Below are positions 62,205 through 64,000 of a DNA stretch of 64,000 bases, in pieces; positions within the stretch are counted from its first letter, which is position 1, and each line of letters starts with the position of its first letter. Position numbers and translations under genes: made by a program. This DNA comes from Pseudomonadota bacterium (lineage in GTDB: Bacteria > Pseudomonadota > Alphaproteobacteria > Rhizobiales > MH13): the NCBI GenBank assembly GCA_038749715.1, contig JBCDHR010000009.1, forward strand, positions 23,200-87,199, written 5' to 3'. Under the pieces are notes generated by a model that was not told the origin of the DNA, did not search any database, and saw only the letters and a program-made list of their open reading frames with translations.

Positions 62205-62390
62205 TCAACCCGGCACCGCCAGCGGGATGAAGCCAAGCGCCATCAGTCCGCCTGCGGTCAAGAGGCCGAAAAGCCAGAGCTGCCATTTTGGCCCGCCGGC
62301 CTTCCAAACCCGGCGATAGCGATAGCCAAAAAGGCACGACAGGACGAACAGCACCGTTGCCATAAGCGGGGTAAAGGCGAGTTCGTTCAT
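62205..62390 (-). CDS. Small two-TM hypothetical membrane protein
   Basis: Two hydrophobic helices flanking GYRYRRVWK.GGPKWQLW. Confidence 0.65.
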   Translation of the reverse strand: MNELAFTPLMATVLFVLSCLFGYRYRRVWKAGGPKWQLWLFGLLTAGGLMALGFIPLAVPG

Positions 62391-62699
62391 TCTGTCGTCA
62401 GCTCCCAAACGGGTGGCGGATTAAGGGGACTACCTCTGCCGTGAATCGGGAGGGGAGTGGATTGGTGCACACCGGTCACCATGCACGTTTGTTCATCGGC
62501 CGCCATCAAAATGGCTGGGCTTCGACATGATCCCGCCGTGTTGTCCCAGCAGAGCAAGATAAGGCCTTGATGTTTCTGATCGAGAAAAAGTGATTTCACT
62601 CTTTCGACGGTCTGCATTAGGCCACCGCACCTTGCCGGGTTGGCCATTGTCTACCGACCGGCTCCTCCTTTTTGCCTGAGCTAGACCAAGGCTTCGACC

Positions 62700-63998
62700 A
62701 TGTCGCAGCACATTCTTCTGCCGGCCAACACAGACCCACAACGGCGAGCAGATAGCCGCCACGTCGGCCCAGTTGCCCATGATCTTGGACGCATGTTCAT
62801 GATCAACAGCTGGCGGATCGATGTCGCGTCCCGTTCGGTGACCGATGGGGACACGGTCTCCCGGCTCAGCCCACGCGCCGTTACGTTGATGCAAGCGCTT
62901 GCCAGCCGTCCTGGTGAAGCAATCTCCCGCGCCGAACTGATGGATGCCATCTGGCCGGATGTGGTGGTGGGTGATGAGAGCTTGTCACAAACCGTCACCG
63001 AGGCGCGCCGTATTCTGCGGGACTCGCGCGGGCCAGACCAAATCATCGAGACGATTCCCAAATATGGCTACCGGCTGGTGGCGCGGGTCGCGTCGGGGCC
63101 CATGGCACAGGATATCCGCCCGCCTCGGGCAACAGACTGCTTCAGCTTGAAATCCTACGAGCTTTGCATGGATGCGCGCAACGCGCTGATCCATGGCGGG
63201 GACGACGTGGTGTGCCTGCCAGAGATTCTGACGGCGGAGGCAGTTGCGTATGCGCCCAGCTATGCCTTTGCCCGCGCGGAGTATGCGATCGCGCTCTGCT
63301 TTCGCTGGCTCTACCAACGCAACGATGCGCGCGGTCTGGAGCGTGCCTTCTTGGAAGCCGAAGAGTCCATTCGTTTGCGGCCCGACCTGGCAGCCGGGTA
63401 CGCTGGGCTGGCGTTCGCGCACGGAGCCTATGGCAATGTGGATGAAATGCGCGCCGCACTGGAGCGTGGCCTCGCCCTCGACGCGCAGGACGACGATCTG
63501 CACATGGTTGGCGCGCGCGCCTTGTTTGTGGCACGGGAGTACCGCAGCGCAACTGCGCTCGCCGAGCGTGCAGCAATCCTGAACAAAGATGATTTCCGTT
63601 CGCTTTTCTTTGGTGCCCGAGCGGCGATGTTTTTTGATCCCGCACGCGGACGGCGCAATGCGCAGGCTTGCCTGGCTCGCATACAAGCGCGTTTAACTTT
63701 CGATCCAACCGAGCCACGTGCCCAACACACGTTGGGTCCGGTGCTATCCCTGTTGGGTCGTCATGAGGAAGCGCTGGAGGCGGTGGAAGCCCAGGGACCG
63801 GCCCGCTCGCCGTGCCGGTTTTATGATGCGATCGCCTACTCCTCGGCCGGCGATATCGATCGCGCTGTTTCGGTTTTTGAAGACATTGTCGATCTGGGGT
63901 GGCGCCATCTTGATTGGGTTACGACCGAGCCTTCATTCCAGCCGGCTATGGACGACAGGCGCTTCAGGAAGAGCCTGACCCGCATCAAGGCCGAGTAG
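62700..63998 (+). CDS. OmpR/CadC-type winged-helix DNA-binding protein with TPR domain
   Basis: RLSPR...L..LA..PGE.ISR.EL...IW...VV..ESL, IETIPKYGYRL, followed by TPR-like helices. Start uncertain. Confidence 0.85.
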   Translation: MSQHILLPANTDPQRRADSRHVGPVAHDLGRMFMINSWRIDVASRSVTDGDTVSRLSPRAVTLMQALASRPGEAISRAELMDAIWPDVVVGDESLSQTVTEARRILRDSRGPDQIIETIPKYGYRLVARVASGPMAQDIRPPRATDCFSLKSYELCMDARNALIHGGDDVVCLPEILTAEAVAYAPSYAFARAEYAIALCFRWLYQRNDARGLERAFLEAEESIRLRPDLAAGYAGLAFAHGAYGNVDEMRAALERGLALDAQDDDLHMVGARALFVAREYRSATALAERAAILNKDDFRSLFFGARAAMFFDPARGRRNAQACLARIQARLTFDPTEPRAQHTLGPVLSLLGRHEEALEAVEAQGPARSPCRFYDAIAYSSAGDIDRAVSVFEDIVDLGWRHLDWVTTEPSFQPAMDDRRFRKSLTRIKAE

Positions 63999-64000
63999 CA

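Overview
Chromosomal segment (about 60% GC by eye) of an alphaproteobacterium. The pckA/chvIG-hprK-manX-npr block, regBA, a BA14K gene and TIGR02300-tRNA-Ala point to Hyphomicrobiales, and a complete Na+-NQR operon suggests a marine or saline lifestyle. From left to right: (1) a sugar ABC ATPase divergent from mtnK-mtnA-(class II aldolase/SDR fusion)-SorC regulator, resembling an inducible catabolic DHAP shunt for 5-deoxypentoses; (2) a small GDP-fucose/glycosyltransferase cluster; (3) cueR and two Tat-exported L,D-transpeptidase genes, each directly preceded by a small signal-peptide ORF with a Cys motif and a C-terminal RPP/RGPP motif, one with a long hairpin reaching its RBS; (4) core genes (nnr, recX, fliK/flhB-like pair, mmcB, fabF, regBA, phaZ, PBP1A, polA, ggt, pckA, chvIG, PTS genes, ihfB, sppA, rpsA, cmk); (5) aroA split by a one-base frameshift; (6) tRNA-Ala(GGC), then nqrABCDEF/apbE/nqrM and a wHTH-TPR regulator. 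The best candidate for an undescribed system is the pair of CutF/CruR/CopL-like leader-peptide plus L,D-transpeptidase modules. I saw no CRISPR array, integrase, transposase or rRNA. All calls come from motif recognition by eye; no searches or folding programs were run.
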